Origin: Mobula hypostoma
Lineage: Eukaryota
DNA: 64,000 bases
Reading direction: 5' to 3'
Assembly: GCF_963921235.1 (NCBI RefSeq)
Contig: NC_086105.1
Span: 27,590,001 to 27,654,000, forward strand
The notes under the pieces are model-generated. The model was not told the origin of the DNA. It was given only the letters and a program-made list of their open reading frames with translations, and did not search any database. This document shows positions 49,896 to 63,145 of this stretch, piece by piece; within the stretch, counting starts at the first letter, position 1, and every line of letters begins with the position of its first letter. The position numbers and the translations under genes were made by a program.

Positions 49896-50474
49896 TTACA
49901 TTCTTGAAGCAGTATGTCAGTTTCATTCCAAATGAGTGAGACCACACAATTTAAATAAAGATATAGAATCCATCACATCTTCTTGATATTTCCTAAATAA
50001 TTTCATTGTTTTGGCTGCTGTGAGCTTACACAGAGATATGTTCAATGCAGTGATTATTTCTGTGTGAAAATTAGCCTTGCAACAGTTGAATCTGTATCCT
50101 AGTCTTAATTTAGAAATTTCATTCCACATTTATTAAAAAACAAAGGCAATTTTAGATGCTACAAGGTATTGATGAAATGGCTATCTGACACATTAACTCT
50201 TTCTCTCTCCACAGATTCTATATGAGCTATTACTTTACATACTTATGCAAGGTCCTGTCTCAAAATATTCTTTATAAAGTTGAAAAACTGCAAGTTTCTC
50301 TTATCTTTCCTATTAACCAGCCACAAATACTGTGGCGGCAAATGCAAGTCAGAAGCAGTATACACTGCAGCAGATACCTCACCTTCTGCCACCTCAAAGC
50401 CTTTGTCAGGAATGTGATGGAATACTCTTGCCTGAACGAGTGCATCTCTGACAACACAAGAAGTATTAGTACTT

Positions 50475-52985
50475 ACCAGAGAGTTCTTCTCTGTGATCCT
50501 GACCGCAGTTTACGCACCACCAAAAGCCAATAGTAAGCAGACACCTGAGGTATTGAATGCTGCCAACACCAACCAAGAAACAGTCCATCCCAACACATTT
50601 CAAATCACAGTCCGGACTTCAATCAGGCTTGTTGGAAGAAAATCTTGCCCAAATACCATCAGCATACAACCTGTAGCACCAGAGGTCCCAGCGTACTAGA
50701 CCACAGTTATACTAAGACAAAGAATGCCTGCTATTCCATGCCCAGACTGCATTTTGGGAAATCTGATCTCTTGACTGTCTTCCTCTGACTTGCATATAGA
50801 CGGAGGGTAAACAGCAAGGCCCCAGAGACAAGGACACCAAAGAGGTGTTCGCAGGAGGCAAGAGGGGTGGCTACAGAATTGCTTCAAGCTGGTGAACTGG
50901 ACCGTGTTCAAGGACTCAGAGGATCTGAATGAATACACCATGGTTGTCACGGACTTTATAAAAACAGTTATAGATGAGTGTATCCCAGAAAAGCATTCAG
51001 AGCCTTCCCCAATCAGAAGCCTTGAAAGAATCACGAGATCCACAATCTCCTGAGGGTCAGATCAGCGGTCTTCAGGTCTGGCAACCAAGTAAGATACAAG
51101 GGGACCAGGTATGATCTCTGGAAAGCCATCTCATGGTCAAAGTGGCAATTCCAGACTAAATTTGAATTACTGAAGGATGCTGAACAGCTGTGGCAGGGCT
51201 TGAATAAAGTTACTTCTTAGAAAGTGAAACCAAGCAACATAGGTAACAACAAGACTTCACTCCCAGATGAGCTCAATGCCTTCCATGCTTGCTTTGAGCA
51301 TGAAAACATGGACGACCCTTCAATGAACACCCAATGCCCCTGATGACTCTGTAATTTCAGAGACTGAGAGCATCCTTCAGGAGTGAGAACCAACAGAAAG
51401 CATCCAGCCCAGACGGGGTACCAAGCTGAGTACTAAAGACCTGTGCTGATCAACTGGCTGTAGTGTTCACCAATACCTTTAACCTCTCACTTCAACAGTC
51501 TGAGGTACCCACCCGCTTCAAGGAGGCTTCAATTATACCGGTGCCTAAGAAGGACTTGGTAACCTGCCCCAATGACTATCGTCCGGTAGCACTTACGTCC
51601 ACTGTGATGAAATATTTTAAGTTTGGTGATGAAACATTTCAACTCCTGCCTGAGAAGCGACTAGGATCCACTCTAATTTGCCTACTGGTACAGCAGGTCT
51701 GCAGCAGATGCCATTTCATTGGCTTTTCACTGAACCATGGAACATCTGGACAGCAAAGATGTATACATCAGGATGCTCCTTATTGACTGCAGCTCGGCAG
51801 TCAATACTATGATCCCCTCAAAGCTGATCAATAAGCTTCACGACTTGGCCTCTATATCTCCTTATGCAGTTAGATCCTTGATTTCTTCACTTGTAGATCA
51901 CAGTCAGTTCAGATTAGCAAAGTATCTCCTCCACAACACAGGTGCATCACAAGGCTCTGTGCTTAGCCCCCTGCTCAACTCGCATCACTTATGACTATGA
52001 TGCCATATTTAAGTTTGCTGATGGCACCACTGTCACTGGCCAAATCAAATGTGGTGATGAATCAGCACATAGGAGGGAGATTGGAAATCTGGCTGAATGG
52101 TGCCACAACAACAACCACTTGCTCAATGTCAGTAAGACCAAAAAGCTAATTATTGACATCAGGAGGGGGATATTGGAGGTCCATGAGACAGTCCTCATTG
52201 GGAGACCAAAGGTAGAAAGGGTCAGCAATTTTAAATTCCTCGATGTTATCATTTCAGAGGATCTGCCCTGGGCCCAGCACATAAATGCAATTACAAAGAG
52301 AGCACACCAGTACCTGTACATCCTTAGAAGTTTGCAAAGACTCAGCATGACATCTAAAACTTTGACAAACTTCAATAGATGTGTGGTGGAGAGTATACTG
52401 ACTGGTTGCATCACGGTGTGATCTGGAAGCACCAATGCCCTTGAATGGAAAATGCTACAGAAGTAGTGGATACGGCCCAGTCCGCCATACAGTCCTCCCC
52501 ACCATTGAGCACATCTACACAAAACGTTGTCACAGGAAAGCTGCATCCATCATCAAGGACTCCCACCACCCAGGCCATGCTCCCTTCTCACTGGTGCCAA
52601 GAGGAAGAAGATACAGCAGCCTCAGGACCCACACCACCAGGCTCAGGAACAGTTATTGCCCCTCAACCATTCGGCTCTTGAACAAGACGGGATAACTTCA
52701 CTTAACTTCACTCACCCCATTATTGAACTGTTCCTATAACCTCTGGACTCACTTTCAATGACTCTTCATCTCACATTCTTGATACTTAGTACTTGTTTAT
52801 TAGTATTATTTTGCCTTTTTGCATTTGCACCATTTGATGTTTTTTGCACATTGTTTGTTTGTTCTGTTTGGTGCAATCTTTTTTTGATTTTATTATGTAT
52901 CTTGGATTTACTGAGTATGCTCACAAGAAATATCAGGAGTGTATTGTTGACATATATGTACTTTGATAATAAATTTACTTTGAAC
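50475..52985 (+). mobile_element. Long degraded Rex1/Babar LINE (APE + RT) nested in an ancient LINE (~50380-50470 and ~52990-53300)
   Basis: [40 protein letters not shown]; host LINE shows KAFVRNVMEYS before it and its 3' end after it. Confidence 0.88.
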
Positions 52986-53627
52986 ATTAGCTACAGTGTC
53001 CACTCAGACTACTCCAACAGCATCTAACTGATCTCTGATAGATTATTACAGAGAAGGGCAAGGCAGTAAGTTCGGGCAAAAACCTCCACTACCATACACC
53101 ATCCTAATTTGGATATAGATCATAATTCTTTCATTGTTGTTGGTTCTAAACGCTGGAGCACCATGGCCAACAGCACTGAGGGAACATTTTCATCAGATGG
53201 TCAGCATTGCTTCACGAACATTACTAACCATCAGCTTCTCAAATTCACTTAAGGATAGGTGATAAAATCTGGCCTTGCCTTTGGAGGCAGCATCTGAAGA
53301 GTAATTTAGAAGAGGAGGACAGCATATTTCACTTTATGCTTTGATGTATATGTGATAAATAAAGCTAATCTTTAATCTTTACCTCGTAGGGATGCTAACT
53401 GGGATTTCCAAAATGATTGTCAGAATTCAAAAACAGGTTAGTACACAGGGTGTAAAGTCTTGCAATTAGATGAAGACTTTGTGATGTTTCAGCTTCGGTT
53501 TTGTAGCGAAAGCCTTCTTCTGCACGCATGCATGGATTAACTTTATGCAGTTGCCTCTCATGTACTAGACCTCTAGATGGAGCACTCTTCAACATACCCA
53601 AGAACAGGCGAAAGAATAAGGAAGTAA

Positions 53628-53747
53628 ACACAAAATAATCTGCAGATGCTGGGGTCAAAGCAACACTCACAACACGGTGGAGGAACTCAGCAGGTCGGGC
53701 AGCATCCGTGGAAACGAGTCGACGTTTCGGGCCGGAATCCTTCGCCC
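53628..53747 (-). mobile_element. PLE terminus + tail, truncated inside the ribozyme core
   Basis: aatctgcagatgctgggg...gcagcatccgtggaaacgagtcgacgtttcgggccggaatccttcg. Confidence 0.8.
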
Positions 53748-54754
53748 AAAGAGTTACTCTGGATTGGCTGGTTGTGGATTAGCATGGACAATAAAAAATG
53801 TTTCTTCCATCTAAAGGAACAAGATAAAAGCCATTAGAGCATAAGAGACGAGAATCAATTAGATCCGCCTTCATTCTTCTAAACTCCAGTGAGTACAGGC
53901 CGAGAACTAACAAACATTCCTCATACGTTAACACTTTCATTCTTGGGATCAATTGGACTGGTCTGCCTATGAGATAAATTTAACCCATCCTTTCCTGCCC
54001 ATTTCACTCTCTGAGAGAGCAAAAGAAGAAGCAAAAAATAGCTTTGATCAGCATAGGATTTACTCTTTGATGTCTGCAGCAACCATATAACTTGCAAGAG
54101 GTAACAATGGCTAAGACCTCAACTTTGTTGATCCATCAACCTGGAGATGCTTTCCTCTTGCACGTTCTGCATTAGACACTTATCGCTAATATGTTCTTAA
54201 CGTGACAGCCACTGTCATAATTTGTTGTAAAAGTCAATTACTCCCTGAAGAATAAACTTTCTGATCTCCAACCTTACTCTGAACCTCTGCCAAATTCTTC
54301 TGCATATCTAACTACCCCGATATTAACTCTGTAAAGTATCCCAAACTAATCTAAATCCTGAACATCCAGATTCTGACCACAATTTTTCCTCATCACCAGT
54401 ATGCCCATAAGCTTCATACCAAACTCTAAGATCAATGATGATACTTAAATAAACAGTGTCACCTTGGCAAGAGTCCTAATACAGCACAGTACATAACTCT
54501 AACTCTAACTCTGACCATAATGAAGTAAAATCAAATCATCAAATATTGGCAATAGAAGTAGAAAACAGATGAAAGTTGCAGGAGCAGTAATGATAATAAG
54601 TTGATAAATACACAACTTCAGCCAAACACTAGACTTATAATTCTTTGCTCATTCAACTCACCTAACAGAATTAATTCAAATTAATTAATTTGAAGAATTT
54701 TAGGCTGTTGCAGAATAGTGGCGTAAGTAATTTATTATCATCATATGACACATT

Positions 54755-55005
54755 GATACTTTATACTTTATTGTCACCAAACAATTGATACTAGAATGTA
54801 CAATCATTACAGCGATATTTGATTCTGCGCTTCCCGCTCCCTAGATTACAAATATTAAATATTAAAAATAGTAAAAATTAGTAAATATAAAAATTTAAAT
54901 TATAAATCATAAATAGAAAATAGAAAAATGGAAAGTAAGGTAGTGCAAAAGAATCGAGAGGCAGGTCCGGATATTTGGAGGATACGGCCCAGATCCGGGT
55001 CAGGA
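54755..55005 (-). mobile_element. Rex1/Babar 3'UTR fragment, same subfamily as 46681-47669
   Basis: Reverse complement matches 47439-47660 (atcctgacccggatctgggccgta...aataaagtataaa). Confidence 0.9.
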
Positions 55006-56043
55006 TTATTAGTATTGATATACTAATAATGCAGTAAGTACCTTGCACACTAATATTAGTTTGTGTACTACTTATACCTATTAATAATTATTTTTCATTT
55101 ATTAATGAATCATTAAATTCTGTAGCAGTGTAAGTAATGACACTGTATTTCAAATGTGTTTTTATAAATATAATGTTGTGGCTTGGGTGTGTTCCTATTC
55201 AGAATTTGTCAGTTTTGCCCTGGAACATCCATCTGTGATACTCACTCTAACTTTCTATCTTCAGTAGAATGCTGGGCCTTGCCTGTAACTGTGCATTTCA
55301 CTACTTTTTCATTTCTTTCTGTTCTTTTTCTTTAACTACCATCTTTTTTTGTGTGTCCTTTGTTTCAGTTCTTTCACCCTAACTGTACATATTTTCTATC
55401 AACCTGTTGACTTCATCTGCACCTTCTCCACATGTAACCCCAGCCTTACCCTTTGTCCTGTCCGTCTCTCCTGAATTCTCTCCTATTGAAAAAATGTATT
55501 CTCTCTCAGTTTTCCATAACCTGCTTTTGTACTCATATTCCTATCTTTAGTCTTCATTTACGTTCATACACTGGATATGCATGTCAATGAAAAGGCCACT
55601 AATTATTGCTCTTTTTTGTTTGCTGTTGAATAAGTGATGATCATATACCTTCTAAAAGTACTGCACTTCTAATGGTAGGGAAGTTCCAGGATTTAGATTC
55701 AGAGTTCTTAAATTAACAACAGCACAATTTGAAGTTTAATGTGGTAATTAAGGTGCCAATTAAGCAGGCTGTTTTGTTTCCTATCAGTATGGGAATTGTG
55801 CTCTTACAAATGAGCAGGGTGTGTTCTACAACCCCTTTGTAGATAATGGAATTGCTTTAGAGAATCAGCATATGAGACGCTCCCCAACCTCTGACGTGAT
55901 CTTGCAGCTGTAAATTGTATATGTCTGGTCCAGATGGTAAATGGCAACACAGTTAGTTGACAGAGAGGATCTGGCATCGGTAATGTTTTTGAATGTTGAG
56001 GGGACATGGAAAACACTAGGTCAGGTGGAGATTTTAATTGTCT

Positions 56044-56079
56044 GTCTGTCTGTATCTTGTTTTACGGCGGTTGGCATCC
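56044..56079 (-). mobile_element. 36-bp extremely truncated retroposon (RTE-like 3' end) with 15-bp TSD
   Basis: TSD agattttaattgtct at 56029-56043 and 56080-56094; insert reads ggatgccaaccgccgtaaaacaagata(caga)n on the minus strand. Confidence 0.7.
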
Positions 56080-57489
56080 AGATTTTAATTGTCTAATGGT
56101 ACTGAGAAATAAATAATATTTATGACTTATCAAGCATAAATATTGTCCATTTGTTGCTGCATGTGAGAACAGCCGGCTTTGTTTTGATAAAACTATAATT
56201 TGAATTCAAAAAGATAGTCGTCAACAGACATCCTCATTTCCGTCTTTACGACAAAGGGAAGGTCATTGATGAAGCCAGCTGAAGATAGTTGTACTGCAGT
56301 GAGAGAGTCTGTTAACCTCCGATGACCATAGTTATAATCCACTATGCTATCATTAAACCAGCAAGCTGAGAGTTTCCCCTTAAATTTCCAGGTTATATTT
56401 TATTGGCTTCTTGATATATACTACACTAATGCTCTTGACTCACATATGAAAATACTGTAAATTCCTTTGTTTGCTTATTACAACCGCACTTTCATGTTGT
56501 GTAGTGATTGCAGAATATTGGCTTAAGGTTTTTAAATAGTATAAGGCCTTTTGAAATTATAATGAAATTATTTAAAGAAATTAATACATTTAGATTAATT
56601 TAAGTAGATTAATTATTTTTCACTATATGGCACAAAAGTCAATTTTTCTAAAAAAAAATGTAAATTTGTAAAAGCGCGATTTTGTTTTTTTTGTAAGTTC
56701 AACTATTTAAATGAAAAGTGATGTCCACTATTACCTCTAAGGATGCTTGGGTAGAGGGATGGGAGAGAAGGGACTGTTGGGAAGACAAAGCTATATTATG
56801 ATTACTGCAAGGCATGAGACATTTGAGCAGATAGTAAAAATACCCAGTTTCACAAGTGAAAAACAAAAGCAAATAGCAGCATAATGTTCTGTTATTCACA
56901 GCATGTACTTTGATTTGTAAATCTGGCATGTAAACAAAAGGCTCTTATTATGGCTGCATTGATGACTGAGGTAGAAGATAAGTGGGCAGGCCATTTGAAA
57001 TTCATGAAATGCTTGAAGCATCATGTGTGCCTAGTTTTGATTTTGTTTTAGCTACACTTTTTCACTCCATGAAAGAATCTAGGTTGTTTCCACAAAGTAT
57101 GGCTCATTCTCAAAGGGCAAGTAAATCAATTCATGGTCTCACAAATATCTTATTACATTCAGTTCTTCTTCAGCCCACACCAAAAAATATGCCTTGTTTT
57201 GCATACCTTTTGTTTGCTAGCACTTGCTTTAGTTTTATTTCTGTTCTAGAATATTACACACATTTATGGTATGTGAAAAGAATATTTGTCATATGTCCAT
57301 GCCATATCATAACTTTGAAATTCTTTGCAAGAATATTAAAAGACAATTTGCAGGAAAAGATTAATAAGATGCAGAACTTGGCGTTCTTGGGTTAACAATA
57401 TGGACAAAAATGTCAAATCAGGGAAACTGATTGATCCTGCTTCATGGGAAAAACATGGGGCTTTGGAGCATGTTCAAGATTTTTAAGGA

Positions 57490-58515
57490 GTGAATCAGAA
57501 TGAGGTTTATTATCACTGATATAAAATGCATTGTTTCATGGCAGCAGTACATAAGAAAAAACTATAAGATATAATATAAATAAATATTGCAAAGTAGGAC
57601 CAATGAGGTAGTGTCTGTGGACCATTCAGAAATCTGATGGCAGAGGGGAAGAAGCTGTTCCTGAAACATTGAATGAGTTCCTTAGGCTCCTGTATCTTCT
57701 CCCTGATGGTAGCAGTGAGAAGGGGGCATGTCCTGCATTGTGAAGATCCCTAATGATAGATGCTGCCTTCTTGAGGTAGCATATTTTGAAGATATCCTCG
57801 ATGGTGGGTCTATCATGGAGCTGGCATAGTCTACAACCCTCTGCGATCCCTTTTTACCCTGTGCATTGGATCCTCCACATCAGGCAGTGATGCAACAGTC
57901 AGAATGCTCTCTACTGTATAGCTGTAGAAATTGGCTGGATTCTTTGGTGACATACCATATCTTCTCAAATTCCTAATTAAGTATAACCACTGGTGTGCCT
58001 TCTTCGTGATTGCATTATGTTGAGCCCAGGATAGATCCTCTGAGGTGTTGACATTCAGGGACTTGAAGCTGCTCACGCTTTTTCACCACTGACCCCTCAA
58101 TGCGGACTGACATGTGTGTGTGCGTTCTCATAATTTCCTCTTCTTGAAGCCCATGATTAGTTCCCTGGTCTTGCTGACATTGAGTGCAAGATCCTACATG
58201 CCTCCTCAAAGCTGTCAGAGATTTCTGTCAACAGTAGTGTCACTGGTGAATTTATAGATGGCTTTTGAGCGGCTCCTAGTCATGAATGTAGAGAGAGTTG
58301 AGCAGTGGATGAAGCATACATGGAGGCAGGCCTGTGTTGATTGTCAGCGAGCAGGAGATATTATTACCAACCCGTACTGATTGTGGTCTCCCAAAGAGGA
58401 AGTCAAAGACCCAGTTGCTGAGATATTTACAGAGGCCCGGGTTTAGAAGCTTGTTGATTAATACTGAGCAGATGATGGTATTGAATATCAACTGTAATCG
58501 ATAAACAGCAGCCTG
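57490..58515 (-). mobile_element. Degraded Rex1/Babar LINE
   Basis: GRPQSVRVGNN, EDLSWAQH, KKAHQWLY; aatcagaatgaggtttatt tail. Confidence 0.85.
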
Positions 58516-59261
58516 AAATAAATTTGTTAGCTTCTACAGCGTCAAGCACAGTAAGTGTGACCCATTTATTGCTATTTTCTATAAAGTTTAAAATATGGTC
58601 ATTCATAGTAAATGTCATGTGATTTTGCATTTTAAATGTGCAAATGTATCAACAGCTAATTCAGAGAAATAATTCAATAAAGTGCTATGTTCAATTCTCT
58701 TGACTGAATGAATTAGAAATGTTTTGATTTTTACACATGTATTGAGGGGACAAGTAGTACAGATTGCAAAGCCATAAATTTCCAAATTGTGCTAGCATGT
58801 CTAAGACCTACTGAACAGGGAAATATTTTTGATTTGGCACGAAGGCAAATAACATTCAACATATCTTCACCTCACCTTTCCCTCCCATCACCACCTACTC
58901 CAGACCCCAAGATCCACTTAAAGAGAAGGTGAACTCCTGAATTACAAGTGAGAGTATGGTGAGGTTAGCTGGTCTAGGGAATACTCCTTAGGCATCAGCC
59001 TTACACTCTGCCCAGAGAGAAATGAATAAAAACATGGGATATGTCAGGCTACTGCAGCTTTTAGCAGTGACAAACTTACAGTAGTATTCGCACTCATCCT
59101 GTTTACAAAATTTCTATCTTTTAACTTTTGTTTATGACCCTCCATTAATGTGACAGTCCAGGAACTCTTATGCCATGTATTCTAAAGATATAATGCAGAG
59201 AAGAGGCAAGAAATCTGTCAACCTGGAAGGGAGCCAAGGATCCAGGAAAGGACGACTTTTA

Positions 59262-60058
59262 TGTGGATAAATGTGAGGTTATCCACTTTGGTGGTAAGAA
59301 CGGGAAGGCAGATTATTATCTAAATGGAGTCAAGTTAGGAAAAGGGGAAGCACAACGAGATCTAAGTGTTCTTGTACATCAGTCACTGAAAGCAAGCATT
59401 CAAGTACTGCAGGCTGTGAAGAAAGCTAATGGCATGCTGGCCTTCATAACAAGGGGAATTGAGTATAAGAGCAAAGAGGTCCTTCTGCAGCTGTACAGGG
59501 CCCTGGTGAGACCACACCTGGAGTATTGTGTGCAGTTTTGGTCTCCAAATTTGAGGAAGAACATTCTTGCTATTGAAGGAGTGCAGCATAGGTTCACAAG
59601 GTTAATTCCCAGGATGGCGGGACTGTCATATGTCGAAAGATTGGAGCAACTGGGCTTGTATACTCTGGAATTTAGAAGGCTGAGAGGGGATCTTATTGAA
59701 ACATATAAGATTATTAAGGGATTGGAAGCATGTTCCTGCTGATGGGTGAGTCCAGAACCAGAGGCCACAGTTTAAGAATTAGGGGTAGGCCATTTAGAAC
59801 GCAGTTGAGGAAAAACTTTTTCACCCAGAGAGTGGTGGGTATATGGAATGCTCTGCCCCAGAAGGCTGTGGAGGCCAAGTCTCTGGATGCTTTCAAAAAA
59901 GAGATGGATAGAGCTCTTAAAGATAGTGGAATCAAAGGTTATGGGGATAAGGCATACTTAACTGGATACTGATAGTGGATGATCAGATATGATCACAGTG
60001 AATGGTGGTGCTGGCTCGAAGGGCCGAATGGCCTACTCCTGCACCTATTGTCTATTGT
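59262..60058 (+). mobile_element. CR1 3' fragment, close to the 37547-39426 subfamily
   Basis: KCEVIHFG...LEYCVQFWSP...RLRGDLIETYK; tail cctattgtctattgt. Confidence 0.95.
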
Positions 60059-60149
60059 TTTCACTTTGCGGTTGATTTGGAGCTTCTACATTTAGGAATA
60101 CTGATACATCGAGAATTATTGCAAGACACATTGTTAAGAGACAGATGCA

Positions 60150-60950
60150 GATGTGGTAATACACAGCCTGCAAGGAAGAGTTATGCCAGATGAAATTTGA
60201 TCCTGATAAGTATGACATGATGCACTGTAGAAGAACTAATAAGATTTGAACATGCAGAGTGAATGCTGGAGCCAAGGGAATATTGAGGAATGGAAGGACT
60301 TTGGTGTACAAATCCAAGCAACTCAGAAGTAGCAGCTCATGATGATAAGGTAGTGAAGGTGGCACATGGGATATCTGCATTGAATGGAAGAGCAGGGAGG
60401 TTATGCTACGTATTTACAAAACATGGTTTGACCACAGATAGAGGACTGTGAGCAGTTTTGGTGGCCCTGCTTTGGAAGGATGATCTTGCACCACAGAGAT
60501 CTTGCAGTGGAGGTTCAGCTGAATGTTGCTTGGAAAGGAACATTTCCTTTATGAGAAGAAACTGGAGAGACTGGATTTGTTTCTCTTGGAACAGAGGAGG
60601 CTGAGAGGGGAAAAGCTGTGAAAGGTGTACAAAATATGGGGGGCAGACAGTAGATAAAGAAAATTGGAAAATCTGTTTTCCCATTGCAGAGATATCTAAA
60701 ATTAGGTTTAGGAGAAGGGGCAAGAGGATCACCCCTCTGAGGAAGAACCTTGCCATCTAGAGGGTGGTTGGAACCTGGAGTTCACTGCCTGTGTGGAGAT
60801 CTGTAAGTATTCACAACATTTCAGAAGCTAGATGAGCTCTGTAATTGTCAACACAGAAGGAGAAGGACTACGTACAGGTAAATGAGTAAGAACCTGTTGG
60901 TCACCGTTGATAAAATGGGTCAAAGGACTTCTCTCTGTGCTGTGACTCTA
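60150..60950 (+). mobile_element. Old CR1 3' fragment
   Basis: gactgtgagcagttttgg, cttggaacagaggaggctgagaggg, tail gggtcaaaggacttctctctgtgctgt. Confidence 0.65.
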
Positions 60951-61237
60951 CATGGGAGATGAAGCTTCATTTATAGTCAAATAGTAAAAACTATAAGATC
61001 TTCAGAAACAAACTGCAAGAGTGTATGGTACATTAATAATCATGGTATAGATTGTAGCATTCTTATCCTATATCACATAATCCTGAAGCTTCTTCTAACA
61101 TTGTATATTATCTGTAGTATTTTGAATTATGACAATAGTAGAAGTATTTATTTTCAATAAACATTTGAAAAGAGTTTTGAGTTGTACAGTTCTATGAGTC
61201 CTGGCTAGGTTTATGTCCCTGGATAGTTAGGGCCTAA

Positions 61238-61752
61238 AGGCTGATTTATATTTCTGCGTCAAATCGATGCTGTAGGTATGATGTAGCCGCGAACCCTATG
61301 CAGAGCCTACGTGGATCCCTACGCCGTAGCCTGATGCGCAACTCTCCCAAAATGTAACTACGCATCGCGGCAATGCAGACCGCAACAACTGTGATTGGTC
61401 CACTTGGTAGCATCGCATTTCATCCCACGCTGCAATAGCTTCCCATTGGGCGATTGAAGGGCAGGGAAGGAACTCTGGCTGCAATGCTTTCCATAAAGCT
61501 TTACAGACCTCCGAAATTATGGAGGACACATTTCGCTTTTATGAAAAAAGACGCTCGCTTTAAACTTGTTTACCCCAAGAAAGACTACCATGACCATGAA
61601 GCCTTGCATGGGCAGGTGTGTGCGCATGCACGACGTGCCCAAATTGCAGAGCGACGCAGACACACCGAAGCACAAGTATAAATGTTCACAATGCGCACAG
61701 GCCACTTGCATAGACTACGGCGTCCATTTGACGCAGAAGTATAAATCAGCCT
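61238..61752 (-). mobile_element. PIF/Harbinger non-autonomous deletion derivative (515 bp)
   Basis: TAA TSD (61235-37, 61753-55); TIR AGGCTGATTTATA(T/C)TTCTGCGTCAAAT; internal transposase remnant [32 protein letters not shown]; CpG-rich. Confidence 0.88.
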
Positions 61753-62430
61753 TAACACAGATAATAGGTATCAGGGAGGTCAACTTGTAGTCCTTTATCT
61801 GTTGAAGGGGACAGAATTATACTCTGAAAAGTATGTGTTTGTACCCAGCAATCTGTGGTCATCAGAATGTTAGACCTAACCCTGGATGAACCCAAGGAGG
61901 ATTTTTACTTTTTGGAAAAACCCTGACTTATGTCCCAGAAGAAGACAATTTGATCCTGATGCAGTTATTGACCCAAAAGGTCAACCATAATTTTTGCCTC
62001 CACAGATTCTAGTCGATCAGGTGAGCTCCTCCAATGGTTTGTACTTCACTTGCAAAAAATTGATCCCTTAAGCAACATCAATCCTAGAGTTGGAAAGAAC
62101 ACAAACCTTTAGAAAGTTGTGATTCCAAGGAAGGAGTCAGAAAAGTTAATTCTAATAGAATTATCTTTCTGAGGAAATGAGTGGGATATAACCTTGTTGC
62201 TGTTTTATCAGTGGGACAACAACAAGGTCTCATGGCACCACCCCAGTTCCAGATCATTTCATTGGGACCTTGAGACAGAAAGGAAATTTATATCATTCAT
62301 GCCATAACTGGTGAGCAGACCAAAAATTAATCTGCTTTTCTGGAGAGTAACATGCTGCTTTCCAACTATTGTACCTGGACAACCCTGAAATCCATCAAAG
62401 ATCAAAGTAATTTTATTATCAAAGTATGTG

Positions 62431-63145
62431 GAGTGGATTCCGGTTAATTGGGACACCACCAGGACAAGTACGTATTGGCCCAAATAAGCAGCTGCCTTAA
62501 GTTTCATGGAAATAATTAAAAACATACAAATAGAACAAACTAAAGTTTAACTGAGTAACAAATTATGTATTTAAATGAAATACTAAATAACTTAAAACAC
62601 TACTAATGCTACTATAGTACAATAAAACTGTATTAAATCCTAATAGTTATCAACAAAGGAATTCATCCAGTGTACACTGCTGTGTTCTTATAATTGACAG
62701 TAAATTAACAAAATCAATGCAGACACCTAGGGCAGGTAATAGACTGCCTTCATACAATACCTTTGCTGATTATATCCTCCAAAACTTAACTTCCATTGTA
62801 ATATTCAAGATGATTATCGATACCTTCAAATGCTTTAGTGACAAAAGTACTGACAATTCTCATCAATGATCAGCAAGAAAAATAATTGCTTTTTGAACAT
62901 AAGTACATGCAACTGACACTATTTAAAAACTCTTTGCTTTAAGCAAGGTGAAGTGTCTAATGACCATTCAAGTGCACTTTGACTTGATGCTAGTTAGAAA
63001 CATCAGCAACAATATTTGAACTGGCATAGTGTCCCCAATAAACGAAGGGAATCCAAGCTATTTACTCGATTAGTTTTTGTTCTTCGGGAGTTGTCCCAAA
63101 TGGCTGCCCTGATTCAAATATGGCCCAGCTAATTGGAATCCATTG
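62431..63145. mobile_element. Tigger/pogo-like non-autonomous DNA transposon, old
   Basis: Imperfect TIRs agtggattccggttaattggg / cccagctaattggaatccattg; minus-strand remnant FEGIDNHLEYYN. Confidence 0.6.

Noticed and set aside
53380-53670. Possible exon or 91-aa ORF
   Set aside because: Starts in a PLE fragment; no recognisable protein similarity or consistent splice frame.
56982-57395. 137-aa ORF
   Set aside because: GTG start, AT-rich and no motif; likely chance.
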